Source: Marsupella aquatica
Taxonomy: Eukaryota; Plantae; Marchantiophyta
Assembly: GCA_973895155.1 (NCBI GenBank)
Contig: OZ316893.1
Location: 22,231,844 to 22,295,843 of the forward strand
DNA length: 64,000 nt
Reading direction: 5' to 3'
This document shows positions 36,358-48,627 of this stretch, one piece after another (within the stretch, counting starts at the first letter, position 1; every line of letters begins with the position of its first letter). The position numbers and the translations under genes are program-made. The notes under the pieces were generated by a model. That model was not told the DNA's origin. It was given only the letters and a program-made list of their open reading frames with translations, and did no database searches.

Positions 36358-39012
36358 ATGTCGCACACGATCCTCTCCAGCTCGGCCATTCGATTCTGGA
36401 CGCAGTTCCTATCTACCGGAAGGCACTTGGCCGATTCATTGAAACACGCCAACCCGCGCCGATACGAGATCGAACGCGAATACGAGAGAGCCATCCGCCT
36501 AGCAGGACGACACCACTACGTCCTTAACTTTGACTACCCATCTCAGAGCGAGCTTTACCGACCAGCTGAGGTATCTGGGTACTTCTTCAACGGAGACAAA
36601 TATATCGGGTTCTGGGAAGCATTGCTTCGGCTTCCGGACGAGGTCTTCAAAATCCCGGGTACAATCGACCTACAGCGACATCACTTCGACCACATCCCTG
36701 CCCAGGTTCAGGCTGTCATTGACGGTGAGTCCAGTACCAACCGTTCGACAGGGGCGTCCGCACTCGCTTCGGAGAACTTCTACCAGCACCTGCAGAGCTT
36801 CATGGGAACTCGACCATCAACCAACATGACCAACTCACCCGGACCCGTACCCGTACCTGTACCCGTGCCCATGCAACCCCAGCCTCAACTTCAGCTTCAG
36901 CCTCAGCCTCAGCCGCAGCCTAGCCAAACCCCACCACCTATCACCCAGCCAGCACAGGTACGCTCCGTCATCAACGCTGTGGATCTTAGCGATGACGACG
37001 AGGCTACCCCACCCTTGACCAGGCGGCCCAGAGGAACAAGCGCTCGGGGGGCCGACACTATATCGTCCCCACCCCCTGCTCTGACCCCAGGAGCGGCCCC
37101 AGCAGACAACATAGTGACCGTGGCCGCCCCGGGCCCGTTACCAACCGCAGTGGCACTCCCCAGGCCCGATCGGGAGGATGGGGAAGTATCACCTTCCCCG
37201 AGTCAGTCACGGGGAAAGAAGAGGAAGGAATCCGCCACTGCATCCGGGTTACCGTTGGCCACGGTAGCCGTAGCCAAGGTGACGATGCATCGCATGGGGG
37301 AAAACGTTCATAGCAACATCCTCCATCCCAAGCATGCGGTGTACCTGAAGACTCAGGGATTTGAGCACCTCACCTCTCTCCCCTGGAACACTTGCAGGTA
37401 CTACGGGGAGGACATGACAGAATTCGTCAAGAATTATGACGACGTACGTCAACAGACTCGGCTGCAGGGAAGGAATATGTCCCTCACAGAAGAACGGCTC
37501 AAGATGATCTTCGGGTTACCCGAAGGTGACCATCGAGTCGAATCACGGGCTCCCGGGGGCAAGGGGGCCAAGTACCAATCTTCAAGTTTTCCCTCAGAGG
37601 GATCAGTAGACAATGGGTTCGTGATGAGGATCTGCCTCATGCCCGAGATAGCTGAGCGGCTGGAGTTCCAGAGGTACGCTCTCCACATGATGGAACCCCG
37701 GGGGGAGATCTCCGCCGCCCAGGTTATCCAGGTCGAGAACTATCGACCTAGGAAATGGGCGTCGTACTTTGCTAAGAAATTCCATGAAGAGATGGAGCGA
37801 CGAAGGAAGATGCTGTACATTGGCGGGAAGGCGTATTTCGCTAGCCACATCGAAATCATTCTTGAGTGGTACGCCCGGTTTGATCGACGAACCCTTCCCT
37901 GCATCAACGTTACAAAGCTGGTCCCAGCTAGGTGGGTTTTTCCGGCATTGGAGAGACGGCCCCAACCCGAGGCCCGAAGTCCAGTGGACACGCCAGCTTC
38001 ACCCACCCCACCTCCACAAATAGCTGTAATCGTAACCGAGGAGGCGCTGGAGGGGTCGGTCGTCGCAACCGTTGATGCGACCCAACTAGCCGGGCTAAGT
38101 ACAGAAGTTGGTACGGCAGAGGTCTTACCCGAACCCGGGTCTCCCAAGGACCCGCCGGTGGCAATTCCGGAGAACCGGACATCGCTGCAGGAGGACACTC
38201 CAGCCCCTTCCAACGTTATGTCCCCAGGGCTGGACGTCACTGCCCCGGCCCCTGCGCGTGTTGATGTCTGCCCGTGCCCAAATCCGGACAGGCACAACTT
38301 GGACCACCCGAAACTCTTCGTACAGGGTACGTTTCTGAACGGGCTTCTGGGAGATTTCTCTCATCAAATTGCCCGGGATACCGGGGAGTTCATGGCCCGG
38401 AAGGTAGCTTGTTTCTTCAATCAGGAGTTGGTTGCCGCCGTAAAGGCAGGTCGGGCCCAGTCGGAGGCCCTTCAAAGGATAGAGCGGTACCGGGTGGAGT
38501 CCGTGTACCTAAAGAACGAAGTGGCGGCTCAAGAGGCTGAGCTTTTGCAACTACGACCCAAGGTTGCAGCCGCCGATGAGTTGTTAGCAAAGGCGTACGC
38601 TCTTACCGCCCTAGCCGAACAGGCCAAAGCTGGGAACGAGGCCGAGATTACACGACTCCGGAACCAGATTGACAATTTGAAGAAACAAGCTGTCACCTGG
38701 CAGAAAGACCTAGAGGAGGCCGAGGAGCGAGCCCAGCGGGACGCGACGGAGATAGCCACGCTGCAGGCCGAGATGGCGCGGCTCCAAACCGAGGCCGAGA
38801 AGCAGGACCAGCTGGCGGGTAAACTGACGAGCGACGCCCAACAGCTGGAGGAGGCATGTCAGGAGGCAGCAGAGGAGACGGACGCGGCGAGGCGAGAGAA
38901 CGAATCTCTACTGGACCAGGTCCAGCTCCTCAAAGCGGACAATGACAGGCTTCGAAGGCAGCGGGATGGCCGTTCCCATTCGGGCGGCTCTGGCAAGCGT
39001 GCCAGGCATTAG
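36358..39012 (+). CDS. 884-aa retroelement accessory protein: Pro/Gln-rich region, PMD/Athila-ORF-like domain, C-terminal coiled coil
   Basis: Long uninterrupted ORF. Core FEHLTSLPW..MTEFVKNY..LQGRNMSLTEERLKMIFGLPEG...KWASYFAKKF resembles plant-TE accessory domains. Heptad-rich C-terminus and NLS-like RGKKRK and KRARH. Confidence 0.8.
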   Translation: MSHTILSSSAIRFWTQFLSTGRHLADSLKHANPRRYEIEREYERAIRLAGRHHYVLNFDYPSQSELYRPAEVSGYFFNGDKYIGFWEALLRLPDEVFKIPGTIDLQRHHFDHIPAQVQAVIDGESSTNRSTGASALASENFYQHLQSFMGTRPSTNMTNSPGPVPVPVPVPMQPQPQLQLQPQPQPQPSQTPPPITQPAQVRSVINAVDLSDDDEATPPLTRRPRGTSARGADTISSPPPALTPGAAPADNIVTVAAPGPLPTAVALPRPDREDGEVSPSPSQSRGKKRKESATASGLPLATVAVAKVTMHRMGENVHSNILHPKHAVYLKTQGFEHLTSLPWNTCRYYGEDMTEFVKNYDDVRQQTRLQGRNMSLTEERLKMIFGLPEGDHRVESRAPGGKGAKYQSSSFPSEGSVDNGFVMRICLMPEIAERLEFQRYALHMMEPRGEISAAQVIQVENYRPRKWASYFAKKFHEEMERRRKMLYIGGKAYFASHIEIILEWYARFDRRTLPCINVTKLVPARWVFPALERRPQPEARSPVDTPASPTPPPQIAVIVTEEALEGSVVATVDATQLAGLSTEVGTAEVLPEPGSPKDPPVAIPENRTSLQEDTPAPSNVMSPGLDVTAPAPARVDVCPCPNPDRHNLDHPKLFVQGTFLNGLLGDFSHQIARDTGEFMARKVACFFNQELVAAVKAGRAQSEALQRIERYRVESVYLKNEVAAQEAELLQLRPKVAAADELLAKAYALTALAEQAKAGNEAEITRLRNQIDNLKKQAVTWQKDLEEAEERAQRDATEIATLQAEMARLQTEAEKQDQLAGKLTSDAQQLEEACQEAAEETDAARRENESLLDQVQLLKADNDRLRRQRDGRSHSGGSGKRARH

Positions 39013-42000
39013 CGGCGGAGTAGGAATAGATTAGGATTAGGATTGGCTTAGTCAGGCTCTTGGGACAGGCACCTGCCTTAGGTACAGCAGCGCTGCCCTG
39101 CTGTCCAGCCTGCGTAGATTAGGATCTTCTAATAAGACACAGCCGTTTTCCGGCCTGACTGTCAGCTTAGTTAGGACCTTAGTCAGCGAATCTTCGGCGA
39201 GAGGACACCCCGTCCCTCGGCTCTTAGTATTTAGTGCACCCCTCGGTAGAGGCAGGGGGTTTTTAGTTTCAGAGTCGGACATCCGCGGGACATGCGGGGA
39301 GTCCCGACCTCTGGGAATGACAGAGTACCAAGGGGAGGGGGTAGGACTAAGCTCGTCGGGCGAGTGCGGAGCCGGGCTCCGTTGTAGTGTGCTCCCTCGG
39401 CCTTGAACCTGTGCATTCCAGGGCTGTCGTGTCAACTAAGTGTACGCATATGTTCCCTTTGTAGTAAAATCCTTTCCCATCATTTTCCTTCGTGTAAATC
39501 GAGATTGTATGCATGTGTGCGCATATGTGTGTGGGTTTCTCGTATATGGGTGGCAGTGTCAGGCCGAACGCACTACCCGAGACGTGCACAGGGTGCAGCC
39601 TGCGGGTAAGTGGTTGCGAGCACGGGTTGAGGACCTGTATCATCGAATCCGGATCGAAGGCGGATAGCACGAAGGCTTAGAAGCCCTTAAGCCGGGGTCG
39701 ATCCTGCTATCGACTAAGGTACGTTCCGGCGGCGGAACACAAACCATACCTAGGAGGTGTCCGTATTTAGCAGTATGCGCACTTAGCGCTAGTTTACGAG
39801 AATAAGGTGCATTACGTGCTTCCCTTCCTGCCCGAACCCTCAGATTTACGAGGGATGTGCCCGTCTAAGCTGAAGTCTGAGTTAAGGCCGAAGCCTACGA
39901 CGTGACATTGCACAATGAGAATCGACAGCAAATCTACTCATATTTTTAACTAGTGAAAGAGCCTGCTCTTGTGATGAGACTACAACAATACAATTCTCAT
40001 GCCATTTTGGGCAGGTAAAGTCACGTGTGTCCCTTGCTGCATGCTCAATTGCTCTAGCTCCTGTTGGCCTCAAACGGTTGTGTGCTTCCAACAGTGTACG
40101 ATGCTGTGGCAGAAATCCATCATCATCATTCCAAATCATCATGCATGTTTTAGTAAAAAACTGCCTGACGTGATGGGAGGTGAAAGTTAGCTCCATTTCC
40201 TTGTTGTTGGTGGCAGTCCGTCCATAACCAGAGACCATATGTTCGAACCTGTAGCACCAATACACCCAGTGTGGACCATGTTGTTCGATGTCATCCAACA
40301 ACTCACCGCTACCTACAAGACAAATTACATCTCATTTGTAAGATGAGTGATCGAGGCTAAGCAGTCTGCAGTTGCCTTGAAAAAATAGCATAAAAAATTA
40401 CATCCTAAAATATTTCTGTAACAAACCTGCAACGTGTTCGAGTATAGAGGCATTAACTCCAAAATGCTCCTCACTCCTCACCCGCCATGAAGCCAACAGA
40501 CTTCTTGCCTTCTCCAAAGTTGACTTCCTCCACCCCTCCTCCCTACTTTGAATGTAAAAGAGTCTTCCAATCTCAAATAACAGCATGCCAATTGAACCTA
40601 GAGGACTTTCAACTCCTAATCTCAAGCTATATAGTATGTGCGGTAGACAAAATATAACAAATCGAGTATATTCTTCAGCTTTGAAGTAACCTAGTCTGTC
40701 CCCAGGATCTTTCGGCCATCTCCCATCCAGACCTTTAGGTTTTCTGGCAGTCACTTCTGCTAAGGCCTCCTCTAAAACTTTGGTTTGGGAAGGTGTCAAA
40801 CTTTTCATCAATTTTGTTACATAGCTCTTGAATAAGTTGAGCGCAAGTATATGCATGACATCATATACTAAATCAGATATCAAACAGAAACCAAAGGTAT
40901 CGCTTAACCTCCAAGCCTTGGCCAACTGGTTAATTCCATGCTCTTGGGATATGCTTACCCTTGAAACTTCTGTTGTACAAAGAGAGTACCTCTGGGCAGC
41001 ATCTCTAATGACCGCCAAATCTCGTTTGGCAGGAGGGTACCGCTGCAAATAACGATTGTTACCATACACAGTAACTCCTTTGGGCCCTCTTCCTGAAGTG
41101 TTTGATTGTTTTTTCCACGTGCCTTTCACTAGACACCTCCTGCACGGTGCCTTCCCCCTCTGGCACCACCCTCCAAATTTGCATTGGGCCGGGTGGTCTC
41201 CTGTAAATAACATTAGTCTCACCCTACAAGTACAATCTTTTGAGGTGATAAGGTCATGTATTAGCTCTGGCGCATATGAAAAATGAAGAGGGAATCCGGC
41301 AACTGCCAACATTTGCACGTCTTGGAAAAATGGCTCCATGAAAGCTTCCAAGAAGTGCAATTTAAGCTTGGTGAGTTTTTCAGTAGCACTGTTTGGTATA
41401 AACAGAATGGGAATAGGTTGTATGTCAGAACGGCTGCCCACATTCAGTATACTTATCTCCACTGTCCATGTGCTTCTCATAACTGAAGATGCTGATTGGA
41501 AACCATCCCAGTGAGCCATTAGTGCAATATTGCGAGGGTCCCCCTGGGTACAATAAGAAAAACAATTTAATTAGCATGAATGATCGAAGTCAGAAGGAAT
41601 CCAAGAGAAAAGAATGATTCTCAGATTAGCAAACCACCACAACGACAACGACAACGACATTCAGAGGCCCATTCAGAGGGAAGAAAAACAGTTTCTCAGA
41701 TTAACATGCATGTACTAACAGCGCCGCATTCAGAAACGATCAAAGAGAGAGAAACAGGTTTCAATATTCTAAGCATAAGAGCATGTAATATATGGCAGCT
41801 GGCTGCATTCAGATCGAAGAAAGCAAAGAGTGCAATCTAATTAAACAGGTTTTCAAATAAAATTTATTAGAAGTATATATCATGGAGATTTTCAGAGGGA
41901 AGTAATTGAGAGCAGACAAATTCATGGAACATCAACGTACATCATTTGGCTAGTACCTGAACATATACTGGCCTTATTTGGAGCCGATTCCCGCAAGTGC

Positions 42001-45000
42001 ACACAATGTCATACATGTGGATGTCTCCCACCAGCTTCAATCCTTGGTTCAAAAGGTCGCATTTCTCTGGGTAGGTAGCATAGCCTTTCCAACAAGTCTG
42101 GCATACCACAGGTAACTCATAGGTGCAACACGGGTCCCAGAAATAGGAGTTTTGTTTGGCTTTCGAGCCATCCCACCATTCGCTAATTACATCGTCTTTG
42201 AGACTCCCAAGCTGGAGCCAACGAGCTCTCTCCCTCCACATGGTTAGTATTTCATGGCAATAGCTTCGTGATCGACACAAATGAGATATCAATGGCGCAA
42301 TAGGCAGGTAATCAAACCTTAACATATCTTTGCGCTTGATTCTACACCGAAAGACATCACATCGCTCGCTGCAGGTTTCACAATCTCTGCACAAAATATT
42401 CTTGCATAGAGAGCACTTACAACTCTTGCTCGTTGTTTTTGCTTGGTCATCCTGGATGCTTGGTCCAAAGGCCTCAGGTTCGTGAAAGTTGTTGTCAGCC
42501 CCCAAACACAGACGCCATTGATGTGGTTGAGGTGCGCCCATCACTTTGTAAGCAGCCGCCAAGCCATTGAAAGTCCCCAAGGAAGGTATTCCTAGTGGAC
42601 CACCATCCCATTGAGTACCAGCATACCTCAGCAGTGAGCCAAGGGGTACATTCCTGTAGTCAATGACTGGACTTGCATCGATTGGTTTGAACAAAGCTCT
42701 CAAAATCTTGTCCTGCAAGTCCATAGAAACTTTAGCATAATCCAACATGGACTGGAGTCTCCATGTCTCTCTATAAATAGCCTCGCTCAAAGTCAAAGGA
42801 ATTTCGTTGAGTACAGCGGTTGAGTAGTCGTTGCATCCAACATTATCAGACAATGGCATAAGAGTTTCTCCACCATCCACCCCATCCTCTGTTGCACACC
42901 CAACATCAAAAGCACAATAGCTTGCTGGGATTGCATCAGGGTCACTTGCATACGTAGACCGAGGGCCATTGACAAAACCAAGCAATGGTCTGAGGAGTAG
43001 CGTGCTTTGTATTCTCCATTTGGAAGTCCTTGACAGCTTTGCAAAATCAGATGGAAGATCTGATTGTTGACGTGAACAATCTCCAATCACATCAGAGGAC
43101 TGCCCTTGCACTATTCTATCTCTTGGTCTTTGGGTCGACACTGCTGCCTGGTGCAAAGGAGGGTGGACCGGAACATGCCGCGCATCTATGAGAATGCCTT
43201 GTTTATCCTTGAGTCTATGATGACCTCTAGTTCTTTTGCTCACCAAATCAAAGCCGTCAGACATTCGTGAACATCTATACTTGCAATCACAGACTTTCAA
43301 ACTCAAATCAAAATCCTCCATGTTGCGCAAGAGTCATAGACAAATTTTCGAGACAAAAAAAGAGTAATGGACAAGTCTGGGCTGCCCACTACGTACGTAC
43401 TAAGTTGTCAAGGTCTATAGTATACTTCTGATTGAGTCATTCATTAGCTTCACAGGTCCTGATCCTGTGCGGTCCCCGGCCTACCCTTATCGCAGCCCAG
43501 AATTGACTCACAGCCTGGATGTGCTGGGATTTGGTGCTGGGATTTGGTGCTGGGATTTGGCGCATTGCATTGAAAGCATATTTGAGCACTTGTGGGGCCA
43601 GTTAATTGAAAAACAAGCCTACGGTAGTACTATACGTGAACCCAGCTTTGGCCTTTGGGCACATGTGGGGCCAGTTTAGCAGTTCTTTGGCGGGCCCTTT
43701 TTAAAGTAACATGCATGACTCCAGGATTATATAATTAAGTAATTTAATGTTTTTAAAGCAACATGCATGACTCCAGGATTATATAATAAAGTAATTTACT
43801 GTTTGCAGCGCTGGTTAGAATCTAGGTGCGCTTAGAAAAAGGTTTTCTCCCTAAATTATTAAAACATAGGCAGATTCTTGAAATGATTTATCCAAATTTG
43901 GAGGAAATAAACAATGAGAAGCTACCGTGTTTTGAATTGTGGAATTGGACTTATACCACACACCTTTCTAAATGTATGTTAATTTACATACATTCCACCG
44001 TTGAATGGAGTTCCCATGGAATAGGCAATTCCTACAATTTGTTGTATGTAACTGTTTCACTTTAATTTGTACATGTATCTCATAAGAATGGAATCTTCAT
44101 TCTAAAGAAGTTTTATTAATCTGCTGCGTTGCCGGTTGCCACGGCTCTCACTTGTGCAACGCAGAAAATTTTAATTTTTAATGCCAATTAAACTCATTAA
44201 TAAACAGTCCCGCCCAAAGGCACAAATTTCCTGGTCATGAAGTGACAAAAGAACGCGGGATCACTTTATGGTCGGCCGATATTTTCCATTTTTCTCTTGT
44301 CAGCGGGGTAGGGGCTGGGCATGTGAACAGACGATCAGGGATTGAGGGTGCCTGCAAGTTGGACAAGTTAAGCGCTGACTCAATCATCCCACATTCATCA
44401 ATTCGCTCTTACTCGGTCTCTTACTTTTGAAATATATATTTTAAAAATTGAGTTCAACCAGTACACAATAAAACATCCTCTGATAAATAACTGGCTCTTG
44501 TTAGTTGATAGGAGGAGGTTTCCACACTCAGGGGTACACTGGACTAAGCAGCCCTACATTGTAACTATCAACTATAGACCTCTATATTCGTGGCTTGAGC
44601 CAACGACAAGTTATGGCCCAGGGACGTTGCCCTATTTACCAGGAAAAGTAAACCATGCTTGTATGATTTCGATCAAACGGCGAACGTGGATCAGCAAGGT
44701 GCTATGCTTTTCTCTCAGACAAGATTGATTCTTGTAGTGCTCATTTTCATCTTCAACACATTGCTCGCACTTTTCATAGTTTCTTGTTGATACTTTGATA
44801 TATAGCTTATATTTTTAGACAAACATAACGTTCCGGTTCTATCGTACTGTACTGTTTATTTTTCAAGGGTCAACAAAAAAGAAAATTTTGTTTTTTCTTG
44901 GTTCACCCTGCGTTGCATGAGGTAACTGTATTGTACGTCAGTAGTTACTTTTAAAGCTACTACAAACATATTGTCTAGCTAGGCAAACGATGACTAGCTT

Positions 45001-45944
45001 CTCTAGCCTCATTATCTTCCTTTGACAGATTCCTTTGTGGGGCCTGATAGGTGGTCAGCTGATGTGGCCAGGGTTCACTTGTGACCAACTAGCTGGTCTC
45101 AATCTAGCTCAATCCCTGCAGCCAGCCTCTCGTACAATGAGTTCTGCCTCGGGTCCTGCCTAGGCTGGTTCTAGCTAGTGTTAAATGTTTGGTGTTAGAT
45201 GATCGATGGTGTTAGATGATCGATCACCGTCACTACAGCAGAATCTAGTTTACTAAATAATATTATTCTTTGTGCAAATGGGCAACGTGTACTACTCTGG
45301 TGGACCACATCAAATGGTTTCTCTGCTTGGAGCGATTCGGAGAATGGAAATGGAACATCTCCCCCAAGTAATTTATTGTTTACTACGTATACCTGTTCTC
45401 TCACGCAGTGGGCCCTCAACTTTTTAACATGCATGTAACAAGTATTTTATCTAAAGCCAGGCGGGAAGCCACGGTTACAAGGTGGGAAATATATAAGACT
45501 TACTCCATATATATTTGATATATATTTGATACAAGTGACCTACATGGTTTTGAGGTAACGATGCATAGGAATCTTGAGCCTGCTCTGAAATGGCTAGAAG
45601 CAAATAATGCTCAGGTACTGAAATTTACTGAAGTTAATTTGATAGATAAAACAGTCAAATGAATTAATCCAGTTTGGCATATATAGTGGGCTCTTCCTAA
45701 GTGCAAAATGCATACATGCATAACTTGAATAACTGCAAGCTTCCTCTTCTTGGCAGATGCTAGGCACACTAACTCTTCATTTTCTTGCATCTTTTTGTCC
45801 GGGCCTTTCGTAAGTGCAAACATAGCTAAAACGTTTTGCTAAATGACACTTTATAGAGTGAAACATTTTGCTAAAGGGCAACTTTATAAGTGCACAACCT
45901 GGATAAGTATTTACTAAAGTTGTATATAGCTAACTGTCTTGATC

Positions 45945-46086
45945 AATTGCATTCCTTCGAGTGGAGAGGTACAAAAGTTAATTAGTAGACTAAAATGAAA
46001 CTTACCTAACATGGTCGATTGGGTATAAGGCCATATAAGAAATTAAAACCTTGTCTAAGTATAAAAAGGGGAGTTGCATACTCAGG
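45945..46086 (+). mobile_element. Truncated right end of CCCGGGTATGCAACT MITE family
   Basis: ATTCCTT.GAGT.GAGAGGTACAA...TATAAAAAGGGGAGTTGCATACTCAGG matches 46950-47075. Confidence 0.7.
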
Positions 46087-46601
46087 ACTGGGAGAATGCT
46101 TAAATACAAACTGGTTTAAATAGTCAAAATTAAAGTCTCAGGTCACCTGAGCCCAAATAATGATACATGCATGCCTTGAAAAACACTTTGCAACCCAAGT
46201 CCTTTCCCTGGTCCTTGCACAACATCTCGAATATTTCCCCTAATATTCTAACATACCTTTAAGATGATTTAATTCCAAAGGTTAAGTCACACAGCCTAGC
46301 ATCACCTCCCAAATGCTACAAGCTAGCATGCCTCAACTCATGAGACCTAGTCAGAGCCTTGCATGCACAATATGAGTCTGAAATGTTTTGAACATACCTT
46401 GAGGGTAATCTGGTTTAATTCAAATGTATTATGCACAAAATGTAGAGTCACCTCCCAAATGCAACAAGTATGCCTAACTTGGACAATGTCTTGAGACCCA
46501 TTTTAAGCCTTGGATAACCTAGAGCATAATCAAATATTTGTGATATGCTTTCAGTATGCTGATTGACTTCAAAAGGTCCAAACAGAAAGTTTGGTGTTAA
46601 T

Positions 46602-47075
46602 CCCGGGTACGCAACTCTTGTATAATTGGCAGGGGTCTACATTTTTATATGGACTAAAAGTTGGCTATACAAAATTATTAAAATTTGAAAAAACCTGGGT
46701 TTTCCACTTTTAAAAATTTTCAAGTCATATAAAAGGTTTGGTTCTCCTCTTTTTCCATATGAAATTAAAAAATATTCCTATACATGTTGTAGTTTTTATT
46801 AAAAGATTTTTAAAATTTTAATAAAAATCCTAAAAAGCTGGCTAGTTTGGCTGTAGACCCCTGTATTAAAAAAAAGTCATATAATTTGGTTTTGATCAAC
46901 TTTTTATACATCAAAACATATTCGGAATTTTTTTTTAGTTACATTTTTAGATTCCTTGAGTTGAGAGGTACAAGACTTTAGTAAACTAAAATGAAATCTA
47001 AGATGGTCTAAGGATATAGGGTCATTATAAGGAATTAAAAACTTGATTTATAAAAAGGGGAGTTGCATACCCGGG
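46602..47075 (+). mobile_element. 474-bp MITE with 15-bp TIRs and perfect 8-bp TSD
   Basis: TIRs CCCGGGTACGCAACT / AGTTGCATACCCGGG. TSD GTGTTAAT at 46594-46601 and 47076-47083. Confidence 0.92.
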
Positions 47076-47477
47076 GTGTTAATTAGCTTGCAAGACAAAG
47101 CAGCTGCAAGCATGCCTTGAACACAGTTTGAAATGGAAATTGTGCACAACTTACCTTGGGATCATTGCTACTAACATGCCTTGAGGGTGGGTCTACAATT
47201 AAACCGTAGGCCATTGACGGCAACCGTGACACCAAATGGGATATTTGTAACACCTTGATTGTACAATTTATAGTTTGGCATGTCTTAAAGCTTCCAGACA
47301 CATTGAATTGAAGGTACTATTGTGCATTTTGCATGAGTACTGAAACAAACAAAAGTTTTAAGTATTAAGCAATTGAATAATTATATTATGCAATGAGCGC
47401 CTTGCCTGGCCTCCTCGCGATTTGTTCCAAGTGTCCTCACCAGGACACCTGCCATCGGGGGCAGCGATGTTCAGCAT

Positions 47478-47828
47478 AGACGACAATCACAACGGCAAGC
47501 CCATGAACCATCCAACGCACAAGAATCGACACAGAGAGATATGTGGTTCACCTCCACATGAGGCTACATCCATGGGAACACACAAGAGCTTTACTGCACT
47601 CTAGGCCGACCAGCCATCGAGCCGGCCATACCAAGCATCCACAGCGCAAGCTCTCCCTATCTCTCAACTAGCTCCGTAACAATGAGCTTGAGTTCCCCGG
47701 GGGCTGGCACCAGCCCTGGCTATATACACAGCATCACTATTACCGCTAACCTTAGCTAAGTCCTAACCTGAGTTAGCCTAACTGTGGTTAGCTCAAGAGT
47801 CACAAGACTAATCGAGCAATACCTAACA
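47478..47828. repeat. Dispersed repeat (LTR-fragment-like), copy 2
   Basis: Homologous to 13025-13340 in the same orientation. Confidence 0.75.
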
Positions 47829-48627
47829 AGCGAGTGGGAGGCAGGGTGGGGGGAGGGTGGAGGGGGGAGTGAAGGAGGGCTGGCAAACGAGAAAAAGATG
47901 AGACAGAAAATAGTGAAAAAGGGGGAATAAGGGGGGTTTACTCGGGGGTTAAATAGTGTTTCAAAGCAGAAAAAAGGGAAACGAAAAAAGCAAGGAATAA
48001 AACCATTAGACTCACTTTGCCACACTTTGGTGGTGGTCATAGCCTATCTTTGACAAAATGACATTTTTTAGTCAACAACATCGTTCTTCAATAAGATATT
48101 TTGGGCAAACGAATTCTTTTAACATGTACGTTGATGGACCAGACATGTTTTGAAGTGTGACCAGGCTTCTTGTTTGGGCTGGCTGCCACAATTTTTTTCT
48201 AAATGTAAAACGCAGCATGATACACAAGGTTTTCTATATATCAAACCCAGTTTCAAAACACAAAAACTTTAACCAGTGAACCTTATAAGTGAGGACAAAT
48301 AACATTTGCATCAATTGTACTTGGTGAACTTAATTTGACCACTTGAATCGCGACCATAGTTTGAAGTAAACCGGGCTGAATCTAAAAAGTATAAACAATG
48401 GACCAACAAAAACTGTCTTTGAACAAAATTTGTTTTGTGTTCTCTAACCCATGTTATTTTTTCCTCAATGTGAAAGGCAATAGTCCATACAAACCTGTAT
48501 TTGACAAATTTGACACAAAATGACATCCTTTACACGTACAACAACAACTTTGGTACAAATGAATGTCATCTTTTACACATGGTTATCTTTTGCATACCAT
48601 CATCAATTTCATAAACTACATTTTTAT

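Larger units (their letters stand above)
35892..39907 (+). mobile_element. 4,016-bp TG...CA element with 5-bp TSD; probable ORF-bearing solo LTR (Ty3/gypsy-type)
   Basis: TTGCA TSD at 35887-35891 and 39908-39912. Termini TGTGACGCCG / CGACGTGACA. Removing it restores the transposase frame (H-C-A-I-S-I-L). No terminal direct repeats and no gag/RT/IN seen. Confidence 0.88.
34924..43321 (-). pseudogene. CACTA/EnSpm (TNP2, Transposase_21-like) transposase gene, spliced, disrupted
   Basis: Exons 43321-41957, 41543-40427 and 40312-39908, resuming at 35886-34924, with phase-consistent GT/AG sites. Motifs GDPRNIALMAHWDGF, FTGDHPA, CRRC, YDVMH, FKAEEY, GPHWVYWCYRFE. Broken by the 35892-39907 insertion, a frameshift near 35770 and a TGA at 35455-35457. 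Confidence 0.88.

Noticed and set aside
35892-39907. Retrozyme (hammerhead ribozyme) within the LTR-like element
   Set aside because: No CUGANGA-stem-GAAA core with compatible helices was found by eye. An Infernal search would be decisive.
33806-44739. CACTACACC (33806) and TTCTTGTAGTG (ending 44739) as termini of the CACTA element
   Set aside because: The ends match for only 7 bp and the 3-bp flanks differ (GGA vs CTC), so the boundaries are unsupported. The right-hand motif alone could still be a real end.
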